Origin: Bigelowiella natans CCMP2755
Lineage: Eukaryota > Protista > Cercozoa
NCBI GenBank assembly: GCA_000320545.1
Contig: ADNK01002146.1
Span: forward strand, 1-33,026
Direction: 5' to 3'
Length of the DNA stretch: 33,026 nt
Shown here: positions 1 to 12,084 of the stretch, one piece after another
Position numbering within the stretch: position 1 is the stretch's first letter
Layout: every line of letters starts with the position of its first letter
Notes under the pieces: model-generated
The model's input: only the letters and a program-made list of their open reading frames with translations
Database searches by the model: none
Told to the model about the DNA's origin: nothing
Position numbers and translations under genes: made by a program

Positions 1-32
1 TCTTCCTTCCTCCCCCCCCCTCCCCCCCCCTC

Positions 33-70
<38 letters not shown>

Positions 71-85
71 TCTCTCACATACAAG

Positions 86-694
86 AGTTATGACAACCCC
101 GCTGATGCTCTAATCGACGTGTTGGAAGAGAAACGAAGTGAATCATCTCGGCACTACACCCCTGAGGAGGGGCAGAATGGCGGACAGCGACATGGTCATT
201 ACAACAACAATAACGGTGAGAAGACTACCACTTGGCGTATCTGATGGCTATTGTGGGAAAGTTTAGATCGATAGATGATAATAATTATGATATGATAATA
301 ATAGAATGTTAATGTTAATGACGATGATAATGATGATGATGATGATGATGATGATCCAGCTAGTCCTGCTTCCTGTGCTGAATAGGTTATTTATACATTG
401 CGGACAAACACAAACACACACGCGTGAGTATATTCTTGATCATTTTATATAGGCAGCAGCAGCAGCAGTAGGCTTCCCGTTGTGTCCCCACTGCAAAATG
501 TATGGGAAAACAGCTCCAAATACAAGGTGGTAGTAGCACTTAACAACAAGAGCAGAAACAACAATAACAACAGCAGGGGCCTACCAACACAAAGAAATAT
601 TGTCCCTTCAAACCACCACCACCATCATCATTATCACCATCATCATTTATCATTTATCATTATCCGCCACCACCATGTACTACGCATGATGCAG

Positions 695-739
<45 letters not shown>

Positions 740-868
740 CGCTGATGTGCGTGTGTGTGTGTGTGTGTGTGTGAGTTAATATCTCTCTCATCCCCCCTCC
801 TTCCCAAGACCCTCTTGACAGTGCTAGCTGCATTGAGAACTAGATCAAATGATGGCGTTGAAGAGGAA

Positions 869-900
<32 letters not shown>

Positions 901-1064
901 AGACAGGAGGGGTGCAGGATGGGTATTGATCTAATGACAGTGTGATGATAAACAACTGCTTTATCGCTACTTCTGTAATTTTATGTTTGCGGATTTGTCT
1001 ACTATCAGGTGAATCAAACGTGGATATTATTCTCGAGACGGTTTATTACTATACGTGTATATGT

Positions 1065-1114
<50 letters not shown>

Positions 1115-2296
1115 GCTAATTGGTGAATAGAATGGTGATAAGTGATGATATGATGTGGGTTAGACCCTTATGATTTCCGCTCTCTCCCTTCGTCGTCGTC
1201 ATCATCATCATCGTCATCATCATCACCGTCATCATCATCATCATCGTAACTAGGTTTGAACGGCTGATGTCCAATGTGTACGGCAGAATCATCAACTACG
1301 CACAAGTAGTACTCGTTTTCTCACTTATGTGTTGGTTGTTTGTTGTAGTAGCGGCAGCAGTAGTAGTAGTAGTAGTAGTTGTTATTGTTGCTGCAGTAGC
1401 GGTTGTAGTAGAGGTTGTGGTAGTAGTCGTAGCTGTTAAACTCTTTGCAATCAAAACGGCAGCAGAGGATGGTGATATTTGTGCACCATCTTCCAGGTAT
1501 TTCTGGTTTCTATCGTCATCTGTGATGCATTCACGTACGCGACATACCAAGGTGAGAGGCGGGGTTGATTGTGCAGATGGCGAGGATGGAGCTGGTGGCG
1601 TGTTGTTTTCAGAAACGACCTCTCTCTCTCAGATAGTGTACACCTTTGCCTTGGCATTTAATTCTTCTTGTTGTTGTTGTTGTTGTTGTTTCTGCTGCTG
1701 CTATATTGCGCGACAACGGTGGGAAGACGATGCCTTTACACCGGCATATCAGGTGGTGTGGTTGTGGTAGTAGTAGTAGTAGTAGTAGTAGTAGGTAGTA
1801 GTAGTAGTAGTAGTGGTAGTCAAGTTAGTAGTCGTCTGATGGCAGGGGGGGATTTTATATTAGAATATGAATGTACTCTACTGCGTGCGTGCATGCGTGT
1901 GTGTGTGTGTGTGCGCGTGTGTAATGGGGACTAGGAGCTGTGTACCTTCACAAATTGCATACTGATATTTGATTCTTCCTTTGGATTATTGTGACTGGTC
2001 CATCGTTGATATGCCAATAAACATGCTCAGGCGACGATGACGTTATTCCTTGTGTCTAGCTATGCGATGATCGTGCAGGTGCATACTTCGCAGAGAGATG
2101 GCTGTTAATCCTGCTGCTGCTATTGCTAGAATCGACTGTACTGGCTCTTTCCTTCATCGTTAAAGACCTCCCCCTCCTCCTCTTCATTTTCCCACAAACA
2201 ATCAGTATCTGGTGTTTGTCCCTGAATACTTTGAGGAGCGGCAAGTTGTGTGGCGAGAGCGCAAAGGGGGTTTCTTGAAGTACAATGGCCAACACA

Positions 2297-2348
<52 letters not shown>

Positions 2349-2938
2349 TGCAAATTAATGAGTAATTTATGCATCATCATTGTTATTATTACTCTCATGA
2401 TCATCACGATCATCGTCGTCGTCGTCATCGCTCGATGACTATGCGTCACTTATGCTCTTATCAGAATTGAAAGCTACATTCTTAGCGGTCTTGTTGCGGA
2501 GACTCCTGAGGTACTCTTCCTACCTACCATTCACAAGTAGATATAGAAGAAGCAGCAGCAGCAGCGATCATATTCCCACCTCCTTCATCTCCTCCCCCCC
2601 CCCCCTCCTTTCCTCTGGAGTTCGGTCATTCATAATGTAATAATAAGATTTCAAACATAATAATAGGCCATCCTCACGGGAGTCCTGGTAGTAGTGATAG
2701 TGTGATATGAAGGCACCACCGGAGTATCACTCTTGGCCGCCTTCTCTCTCTCTCTCTCTCTCTCTCTATTCTCTTTCCCTCTTTCTTCGTTCTCTTGCTC
2801 TTGCTTTCTCGTCATAAGCATCATCCTTAAGGCCTAGTAACAATGGTATACAGCACGTGGTGGGTATGCTGCTACTTCCTGTACCATCAATCCATTCGTT
2901 CGTGAAGTATCACTCTATCATTGCGTCGAATACTTATT

Positions 2939-2987
<49 letters not shown>

Positions 2988-4467
2988 TTTGTATTCCCTT
3001 TCTTTACTTGTATGTCAGGCCCTTGGTGTATCTTACATGTACTGTGATCTGAACACGGATAAAGGATATGCTCGGTACTATCAAAGCTGTATATGTTAGT
3101 CTGTGCTCATGGTCTATTCTCTCTCTCTCTCGCTCTCTCTTTCTCTTTCTCTTTCTCTTTCTCTTTCTCCCCCCCCCGCCCCCCCCCCTTCCTTTTAGCG
3201 CACGCTCATCTAATACTCTCTGTCGTCGTTTGATTATTCGTTCGTTGAAAGGTTTGCATTCGTGATTCTCTTGATTGGACTATCAGCGTGGCAGTCGATG
3301 ATACAGCTTTTGTCTATGGTAGAAGAAAGATGTATATTTTGTATTGGTTGGTGGTGATTGAAAGATTGATGGCCGTGCCGTTGTGAGTTATAAGCAGTGG
3401 GGTCAAGTGCAGGCTCTAATCGTCGTCAATCATTAGATTCACACAATACGATAGCACAACACGCACGCACACACGCACGCACCCCATCATGAGAAAGAAG
3501 TGATATATTCTCTACCATTGCTGCAGATGTCAGATTCGATAGGAGTCGTGTACGCTTTGACGTTCATGATCCTCGGTGTTGGAACGTTATACGGGTGAGT
3601 GGGGGGGGGGGGGGGGGGTTGGATTGGAGGTGTAAAGCCAACACTTTTTCATCGTATCAATGAGAATTGTCATCAATACGGTTTTTGATGTCTTAGGACA
3701 GTGTTTACGATGATGATGATGATGACGATGATGATGATGGCAGCGTTGGCCTTGTTGCATGAATTACGCGCTACCTCATAGAAAGGATTGAGAGGATGAT
3801 CTGCATACATGTCGTTGTTGCTGACGTTGTATCATGCCGTGTTGTTCTCCCTTCCTTCATGGAATAACAGCCCTGATATATCATATTTCTCTTCTCTCCT
3901 CTTCCTTCATCACCATCTACTCTCACTCTCCACTCGTGTTCCTTGCCGCTGGACTCCCTCCTCCTCCCCCCCCCCCTCCATCTCCTCCCTATATATATAC
4001 ATATATCCTCCTTGTCCTGCCTGTCTTCAAAGGGGGTTAACGATCAACTATTCGTATATTCCTTGGTATTTCGTCTGGGCCTACTACACGTAAGAAGATG
4101 ACCGCTAGTAGTACAACAAAATGAACGATTCTATTAGACTCCTCCTCCTCTTGAATATGCGCTTTACCATGCAAACGTGATGATAGTAATAGTATCCCCT
4201 TCCCTCCCTCCCTCCCCCCCCCCCCTTCACTTGCGTACGCTCAGATCCGTTCCCGCTCTGACATACCGTGCTTTGATATTCAACGATTTGTACTGCTGCA
4301 AGTACACGGCGACGTGTGAGGAGTTCCAGCGAGCGGTTGTAGTAGTAGTAGTTAGTAGAACAAGTGGGAGTGGTAGTAGTACTTTTAGTAGCAGCATCTT
4401 CTTTCTTATTCTATGATTGAGATCGATGCATTGATAGAGATTGATGATCACCTGTTCTTACCTTATA

Positions 4468-4508
<41 letters not shown>

Positions 4509-4800
4509 CATATCTTCTTCGGTAGCGTCATGTATTTGCGAGTAAGTAGAAAAAGTGTAATAGTAGTTGCCGTAGCAGTGGTGGTGGATGATTGTTACGA
4601 CGAGTCTCCATTTCATCAAAAGCTATTCCTCCCGTGCCATTATTGTTGTGGTTGTTGTTTTTGTTGTAGTTGGGTGTATTTGTTGTTGTAACTGTTGTAT
4701 TTGTTGTTGTTGTTGTTTCCAGATGCTTGGCTTGTATACACCGGTCAACCTTGACGGTGGTCAAGACATGAGCACTGCAACGTGCGACACTACAACAACA

Positions 4801-4834
<34 letters not shown>

Positions 4835-6021
4835 TCGCGAATGTCGATGATAGCAATGACGATCTCTTGCCTTTCGAGAATTTGGGCGATATGCATATCA
4901 GCAGATGTAACATGTGTGTGTGTATAATATATATATATATATATATATATTATACTTACTACTGCAAGACTATTGCATTGGTCTCGACGGTCATTGACGC
5001 AACGATAGTATAATGATGGTAATCATAATCATCATCGTCATCATCTGTGTGCTTTGCAGCTGCCCGTCACAACTTCAAGAAAGTGGAACGGATAATCCAG
5101 TAAAACACGTCTAAATACCCAACAAGAACATAATACATACGTGGGTGTGTGTGTGTGTGTGTGTGTGCGTGTAATAGTAATACCTACACTCATCGAATGC
5201 TTCCCATGGTGAGTAAATAACGTCCTCAAAGTTTGTGATAGTGGTATTCCTCATCGATCTTTCTTCATCATCATCATCTTCTTCTTCTTCTTCATGATAA
5301 AGACAAACATGGGGCCTGCATACTTGGCCTATATGAACATCGGACAGCCGACGAAGTATCGTGCGGTAGGCTGACGATGATCTTTCTCGATTCGCTCACG
5401 AGCATACAATGCATGCCATCATGAGGATGATCTCTACGAGTGGTTTTGATATATTTTTTTGATATATTGTTTTTGCGTGTGTGCATTTCACCGTCCGCTG
5501 CCTGTGCGCCTATCTTTATGATTCGTCTTCGTAACGCGTGCTCCTCCTCCTCCTCCTCCTCCTCCTCCTCCTCCTCCTCCTCCTCCCAACCAAAATAACA
5601 CCAGCTCATTGCCATGGCCATGATGATTACTTTGTATCGGATATTAGCGATGCTGGTGAGTCAGAATTGTGAGAAGAAAAAGAGGATGAAGATCATGATG
5701 ACGACTACGACGATGATGATGATGATGATGATGATGATCCCTTATAGAGAACTAATAGATACATATCACAGCCACAATGAACAATTCAAGATTACATCTG
5801 AAGGAAGATATTGAGATGTGTTTTTTAGCTTCTTCTTCTTCTTCTTATCATACGCGAGGATAAGCATAGTGGGTGGTCTTACATGTTACGTGCACTGTGA
5901 AACGTAACTAATTCCCGTTAATCATACTGCTTGTCATCAGGTGCTCTGGGCGCGAGAATGGTCCCAACAGAATCTCAAAGAGGAGAACCGTCACCAAATA
6001 TTGGAAAAGGTCTTCTTTTGA
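86..6021 (+). CDS. ABCG/White-family ABC transporter, 3' portion (post-NBD linker + ABC2 membrane domain), multi-exon, 5' end outside window
   Basis: Hand-spliced exons give SYDNPADALIDVL (86-215, ABCG NPAD motif), VNQTWILFSRR, YLVFVPEYFEERQVVWRERKGGF (2206-2279, ER-x-V-x-x-RE motif), IESYILSGLVAETPE, FAFVILLIGLSAWQSMIQLLSM, LYGGLTINYSYIPWYFVWAYY, SVPALTYRALIFND, LYRILAML, VLWAREWS...KVFF* (TGA 6019-6021). Some internal junctions and the exact stop are uncertain; extra exons to ~6400 are possible. Confidence 0.88.
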
Positions 6022-6729
6022 GACTATCACGATGATAACTGCGCTTGTCATTATTATAGTTGAAACAAAAAATGACAGTCAATTCCAACACGGAAGTCGT
6101 GCGACAGCCCTCAATTTTCTTTTAGAATGATGATGATGGGAGGCACAACGAAGAAGCTAATTACGCCTTCTTTTTCTTGCATTCGTTCGCTGATGATCTT
6201 GCTCACAAATTTACCAACCGCTACTACTACTGCTACTACTACTGCTACTACTACTACTACTACCATGGTTTTGCTGTATTTCTTCGTTGATTGCCCATCA
6301 AAAAGTTCTCACAGTTGGAGCGCCATTACGTTGATCAAGGTTGTCCCCATAACTAAAAAAGACGTTCCATGTATCTTGAATTTGTAGCCTCTTTTTTTAC
6401 ATTTCTTCACATGAGTATTTCATTCGGTATATTACGGACAATTGGAATCTGCTTATTATAGACGGGGCGGACCGAAAGCTGAGGAGTAGAAGCTGAACGT
6501 AACTGTGATGTGAGGAAGAAAGGTGTGGCATGCATGGTGGATATTGTTATATGTCGTCTAGTTGTGCCTATATTTACATCAGATACTAGCATGTCTATTG
6601 CATGCTTTTGCTTGCAACTTGTCATTGCGCTCGTGCGCGAGGTCGCTTGCAGACTTGCGACGCAAGATGCCTATCGCTATCAGGCGGGTGTAACGAATAT
6701 TTTTTTTTTCCAATGGCCATCTTAATGAA

Positions 6730-7260
6730 CTATAGCTATCTAGCTATGTTTACCATGTATCTATAGCAGCTCCTGCAGGATCGAGGCGCAAGTGCTATGC
6801 CTGTTAGATAGCGATGATAGATGATGACAATTGCAATTTATGCGCACACTATTATACAAGATCTTAATGGCTAGTCAGCGTGAGTACGGATTGCATTCAC
6901 GCGATTCGGCCCAGAAGCAACTTTGCGCAGATCTAAGAAGATAGCATGGACAGTAGCACATGCAAGAACTTCGCTCGATTGATGTCTATCTAGCTAGCTA
7001 TCTAGCTATGCAGATGTCTAGATGTAGTGTGCGTGTGCAGACACAATTTGGAATCACGACTGCAATACCATCGTGGGCTGGAGGTCATCTAGGTATGTTA
7101 ACTCACATGTGCATTATCCTTGTGCGTACGTGTGCGTGTTGTGTGTGTTTAAGTATTTGTATTTGTAACGCATATTAATTTGGGGGTAAATTATCTAGTA
7201 GCTAGTGTAGGCTGGTGCATGTGCATGTGCATGTGTCTATCGCCATGCATGTCACATACA
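6730..7260. repeat. CTAG/CATG/TGCA palindrome-rich low-complexity spacer between convergent ABCG and PEN-2 3' ends
   Basis: CTATCTAGCTATG at 6736-6748 and 6998-7010, AGATGTCTAGATGT at 7012-7025, (GTGCAT)n near 7215-7235. Confidence 0.6.
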
Positions 7261-7628
7261 GTTATAAACCTACGAAGTGTCGATGCTATACAAAGTTAAT
7301 CCATAATAACGATTTTACATTCCGCATCACAAGCTGCATCGGTAGGTAGCACCCATATATGCAAGTGTTTAGCCGCGCTAACTAGTGTATGGATGACTGG
7401 AGCTTAAGAAATGTACCTCAACTAACATGATGGTACGCTCAATCCAACTTCGATGTCTTCTACTAATAAATTTTGGAGTACACCCCCCATCGTGCAAGAG
7501 AGCGGCGAGTCTGAGCCGAGTTACAACTGCTTCACGAAGGATGATAGGATGATCCCAACAACGTTTTACTGCTTTCACCACTAAATTTAGGGTGATGATG
7601 TGTTCCTGGCAACGGCAACGGCTGGCTC

Positions 7629-8104
7629 TTAGAACATCGTGTCACCTGCATAGAGATTGAGGGAACAACATGCTGCAGCTGGTAGTAGTAGTAGTAGTAG
7701 TATCATCAACGAATAATGCAACTTAACAATACCTTTTTCGAACAGTAATAGCTGTTGTGCCCAGGGAGAATCTATGTTTGTATAAAAGACTAATAGCCAT
7801 ATCGCCCACACGATCATGAACAATATGAAGCCTGTGAAGGATCCCTTTACGTCTGCAATCAAAGGAATTCGCTCTTTCAGGCACTTGGTGATGATCATGC
7901 AGTAGAAAACAGCAAATTGCGATGATGTGGCTGTTCGGTGGTGGGATGCGTACAGAATTTCATATCTTCTGGGGTGTCATCCTCTTTCACGTATGAACGA
8001 TACTGAATGAAGTTTATGAGCCAGAGCCAAGGGAGAAAGGCGAACCCTGCGTAGAACATTATCTTCGAGGACTCTACATCGTCGTTATTTATGCGCCTCC
8101 TCAT
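7629..8104 (-). CDS. PSENEN: Gamma-secretase subunit PEN-2 (presenilin enhancer 2), 3 exons, 95 aa
   Basis: Exons 8104-7954, 7852-7733, 7645-7629 (GT-AG, 288 nt) give MRRRINNDDVESSKIMFYAGFAFLPWLWLINFIQYRSY...MKFYVKGSFTGFILFMIVWAIWLLVFYTNIDSPWAQQLLLFEKGDTMF*. This matches the PEN-2 signature GFAFLPxLWLxN...YVxxSxxGF, size and two-hydrophobic-segment layout. Confidence 0.93.
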
Positions 8105-8327
8105 CGACTGGGAATGTGCCCCAACACAGCGTAGATCTCGACTGCTTTGAACAGGAAAGATGGGGAGAGGGGAAGTTGGCAGGAGAGAGCGAAGGAGCAA
8201 TCGCTCCTCAAGAGCATAAAGCAGAGGGGAGTAGTGGAAATAGTGGATGCGGCGCACATATATACATATTTCATCACTAATTCTACGATATATTAAGTAC
8301 ATATTTCTTCCTAGATGATCGAGTATA
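8105..8327. promoter_or_regulatory. Putative bidirectional promoter between PEN-2 and BORCS6-like gene
   Basis: Only 223 bp separates two divergent start codons (8104 on -, 8328 on +); AT-rich core ~8255-8325; no microsatellites. Confidence 0.55.
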
Positions 8328-9807
8328 ATGGCAACACGATCTGATGAACAAGACCACAGATCATACCGAAAACATCCAGAGCACATCTCCGAAGAAATCG
8401 TCAGAATTCATCGGGAGAACAGACTTCACACAAATCCCGTTCAGAACCTGTGCCCCCCCGCCCGCTTGCTGTTGCTCCTCGGAACCGCGGAGGCCGCACT
8501 GAGACGAGGCTGCCAGTAGCCGGTTAATGCATTTGTGTGGCTTTGAGCTATGTCTACCGTTGCCGTAAATAAGAGGCGTGAAGTCTAATTTCCGGATGTT
8601 TACAGAGAGGAGCGCGCCGATGGAACCGAATAATAGCAGGGGAAGCAGCACTACCACCAGCAGCTCGAAAGAAGGCTCGGGGGAAGGAGCTATGCTGAAA
8701 CCGTCGTCTTCGGACTCGCTTAGCGAAATGCTTGTTCATCTGGAGAAGGATACAAAGTAACAGAGCAGATATGTCTAGAGTCGTCACGTGGCACTTCACA
8801 TGCACTTGCATTAAGTGTAATACAACAGTCGTCTGTGCGGCTTACAGTGACTCCGTTTGTGGTAGTTTGACCCTCGTTTGCTCTTTCTAAAACATTCGCC
8901 CCCCCTCTCAATTCTCAGAAAAATTGCCAAGGACTTTTCTTCAACGGTGACACAGCTCAAAGACATGAATGCAATGGTAGAGAACCTATGATACTTTCGA
9001 GTCTTTCGTCATTTTTATGTGGTTACTCATTCTCTACCTTCTTGGGGATGCTGGCGGAGTATTCGAGTATATGAATTGGAATTTAGCAAGCGATGTCGGA
9101 CACCATCTGAACAATTGTTGTGCATGTTAACGTGCGACAGCTTGAGGCGATCTCGGTGAAACATATGCAAGTACTAGCCCAGGCATCCAAGGTAACGATG
9201 AAGGTGGAAGATCAGGATGGTGGGGGTGATTGTGATAGCACAATTAAAGTAGTTGGACCTACATATTTCCCTCAGGAAACAAGAAGTACAATCGCTCACA
9301 CAGTCGCAAACTCAAGGTCAGTACTTATAGAGTTGGAATAGGCCTCGTCGCATATATGCGTATTCACGACTCTTCCGGACGACCTATGCACGCACCAATG
9401 AGACTCGGGCAAGGGAATTTCTGAGAAATCTCTGGAGTATGAAAGCTGCAGTATTTTCACATAGATTGATGTTTTTGACCGCTAACTAGGAAATTTGTTG
9501 AGGCTGTTTGTAAAAATGTCACTGATCTGGAGAAAATCTCTGAGATGGAAGAAAAATTGTAATACGCTTTTTACATAGCCTCTAAATATAGGAATGAGGG
9601 ATGCGAAATCAAGATGCTATTGTGCGAATATTAACAGCCTATTCCTTCTGATTTAGGAGATGTACGCGGAGCTCACTCTCTGCTCTAGAAAGGCTCGTGG
9701 ATAGAAGGCTGGCAGCCAAATCAGGAATGGCATTGACACCAGGAGCATCGGCTAGACATAAAGGAAGCATTAGCTCATCCTTAATTGATGAGGATTCTCA
9801 GAAATAG
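8328..9807 (+). CDS. BORCS6: BLOC-1-related complex subunit 6 (BORCS6/lyspersin)-like coiled-coil protein, ~7 exons
   Basis: Exons ~8328-8449, 8574-8756, 8919-8976, 9141-9191, 9276-9316, 9490-9558, 9657-9807 join in frame. The C-terminal part MLVHLEKDTKKIAKDFSSTVTQLKDMNAMLEAISVKHMQVLAQASKETRSTIAHTVANSRKFVEAVCKNVTDLEKISEMEEKLRCTRSSLSALERLV aligns by eye without gaps to the BORCS6 C-terminal helix pattern (LxxLE...LxAxSVxxxQ...RxxRxxLxxLExL); N-terminus is Ser-rich/disordered as in BORCS6. Confidence 0.72.
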
Positions 9808-9960
9808 TATTCGTATGATGAGGTTGTAATCCAAAAGCCACGGAATCTCATGTGTGTCTTCTAGAATTTTTAATAAATATAACGCTAGGATTCATAAACA
9901 TCCTGAGATAACTTGTGCATGTGCTGCCTACAATGCTGCATGGCCCATGAATCTTTGTCT

Positions 9961-9962
9961 AG

Positions 9963-10049
<87 letters not shown>
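9961..10049. repeat. Compound (CA)n(TA)n(TG)n microsatellite forming a ~90 bp near-perfect inverted repeat
   Basis: Directly visible; CA arm and TG arm flank a self-complementary TA core. Confidence 0.85.
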
Positions 10050-10051
<2 letters not shown>

Positions 10052-10682
10052 ATGTTTCAAATAATGCGGCTCGCTGACACTCTTCACTACGCACGAAGGA
10101 GCATCGTGCAGCTCGAGTTGGATACCGCGGGAAGCTAGCGGGCTAAATTAAGTTACATCGCTCCAATTTCACTTATATCCATGTCTAGATATGTGAGGCT
10201 GCTGAAGCTGTCATGTGCAGTTTGGTGGCTCTCGTAAGTTGCCAATAAAATAAAGCGAACGATGGACATGCATGACAGTCTGTACGTGCATTCGTTCAAC
10301 AACAGCATCGTGTCGTAGATGTAGGCAGGTATCTACCAAATTAAAAAATGCATAGCCATGTGCATGCTGGCACGACTGCTGCGCGCTTGTGGAGGATGGC
10401 AATGTAAAGCATATTTTTATGTCCACAGGTAAAGCTATTGTGAAAAGACTAGTAGAACACACTTTTAAAAGCTGATGTTCGACGACGGCACGATAAAGAT
10501 GAAGCAATTCTGCACGACTTTCGAAATTATATTTATCATTACATTTTCTAACATTGCAGCAGTATCCATGGCATGGTGCAAGCTGGTAAGACGCAAGAGG
10601 GTATTGTATTCTGTGTGATTCCTGGCAAGGAGGTATTAAGGGTGTTTTGTAATTGTAGATGTGTGCCTTTAACACAACTAAC

Positions 10683-12084
10683 TCATTTCTTTATTTGTTG
10701 TATTTTTGAAACTTTCATTAGATTTGAAATCGCATTCGCGAAAACTCTCGCGTGTCCTTTTTTCATTAATGGATAATCTTCGATAAGAATTCTTATATCA
10801 TGATAAAATTCAAGGGTTGCTCCATCCACTTGATCAGTTCTGAAGATTTCTGCATACCTTTTCCAATGTGATGCAGCGCCAATGGAAATAATGAAATGAT
10901 ATACTCTGTCACAGTCCCAACGATTCATGTTCTCCCTTTCTTTTTCGAAGGACCCGTTAACGTTGTCGCCTGTTGTATCACTTGAGTTTGAACCAGTATT
11001 ATGATTACGATTATCATTTCCATTAGGACCAGGTAATTCAACATTCGTGCTTAATCTAGAAGGAGCAAACATCACATCGCAATTTAATCTATTCGATGCT
11101 GAGTTTGGATATGACTTTATAGCATCCTCATGGTTGTGTATAGGTGGCTTCAAAATTTTGCCCTCTCTTTTGTTCTGCATTTCTTGCACGGTCTTTTTAT
11201 ATCCCCGATTGAAATTCTCGAGCGAGTTGCGGATGGTAGTCTCATTCAATGCAATGCTTTTTATTTCAGGCGCAATTAATTCCTCACGCAACATCGGCAG
11301 GCTTGAAGCTCTCTCTGGAAGCCCTCGAGGGGGGGAGTTGGCAGGTTGATGTAAAAATTTGGTAGTTGAATTCATTATCTGAACATTGTGGCCATGTCTC
11401 AGAATCTTTTCCCTCATTTTTCCGGCCTCAATACGCGCCCACACTTTGTCTTCAAGCTCGGAATAATTACTCGTTCCTATAGCCATTTCCTCATACACAG
11501 ATATCGGGAATGGAACATGCTGGGCAATGTCAATAATTTAGAATTGTACCATAATGTAACAGATCAAAAGACCAAACTCGTATTCACCTGAAAGTAGCAA
11601 GCTGTTTTGGTGTAGAAGCATTTTCCAAGAAGAAAGTTTCGACAGATTCCAGATTTCTCTGGAGAGACCCACGCATGTACGAACTTGCAGGAAGAGCCTC
11701 GTAAGCATCGTCGTCCAGGCATTGCCCAGTGATGACAAGTTTTCCCATGCTTGATGTCCTCTTCTCTCTCGTACTGACGCACAGGTTGCAGCATCCAGGA
11801 GGAAAGAAACTCGCAGGATGGAGCGTGCAGGTTCGCCTTTTCTATCGGTGCGCAATGCCTGGTTGTTGGTCCCACGTTCGCGCCGTTGGCACTCTCGAAG
11901 TAAGAGATAATATATGTCGTCTAGTACAGACTGACCATCGAAATGCAATCATATTTTTACGATTTTCACCCAATTTCATAGACTCAATAGAAAAATTATG
12001 GAACAGAGCCAGCCATCCTTCTTCCTCGCATTCTTGCCAAATCTGGATTTTTCTTGTTGATAGTTGAAAGCCGTTTAATTTTGC
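10683..12084 (-). CDS. Tandem CCCH zinc finger protein with C-terminal SAM-like domain (5' end not resolved, probably up to ~12400)
   Basis: CHHWAMPGRRCLRGSSCKFVH and CRNFLLGKCFYTKTACYFQ|H; the second finger's His is supplied across the GT-AG intron 11587-11520. Last exon 11519-10683 ends in WDCDRVYHFIISIG...YAEIFRTDQVDGATL...KKGHARVFANAISNL, the SAM pattern W...V..F...Y...F....VDG..L...GH. Confidence 0.78.

Noticed and set aside
482-5814. Many 60-170 aa ORFs with poly-V/T/H/C/YI/SL runs
   Set aside because: They are read-throughs of intronic microsatellites; only short segments match the spliced ABCG exons.
7895-8386. 163 aa ORF suggesting an N-terminally extended PEN-2
   Set aside because: It starts at a non-ATG codon inside the divergent gene; ATG 8104 gives a normal-length PEN-2.
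10211-10675. 154 aa minus-strand ORF right after the CCCH-SAM stop
   Set aside because: Non-ATG start, no recognisable motif, runs into the palindrome-rich spacer; most likely 3' UTR, though an alternative last exon cannot be excluded.
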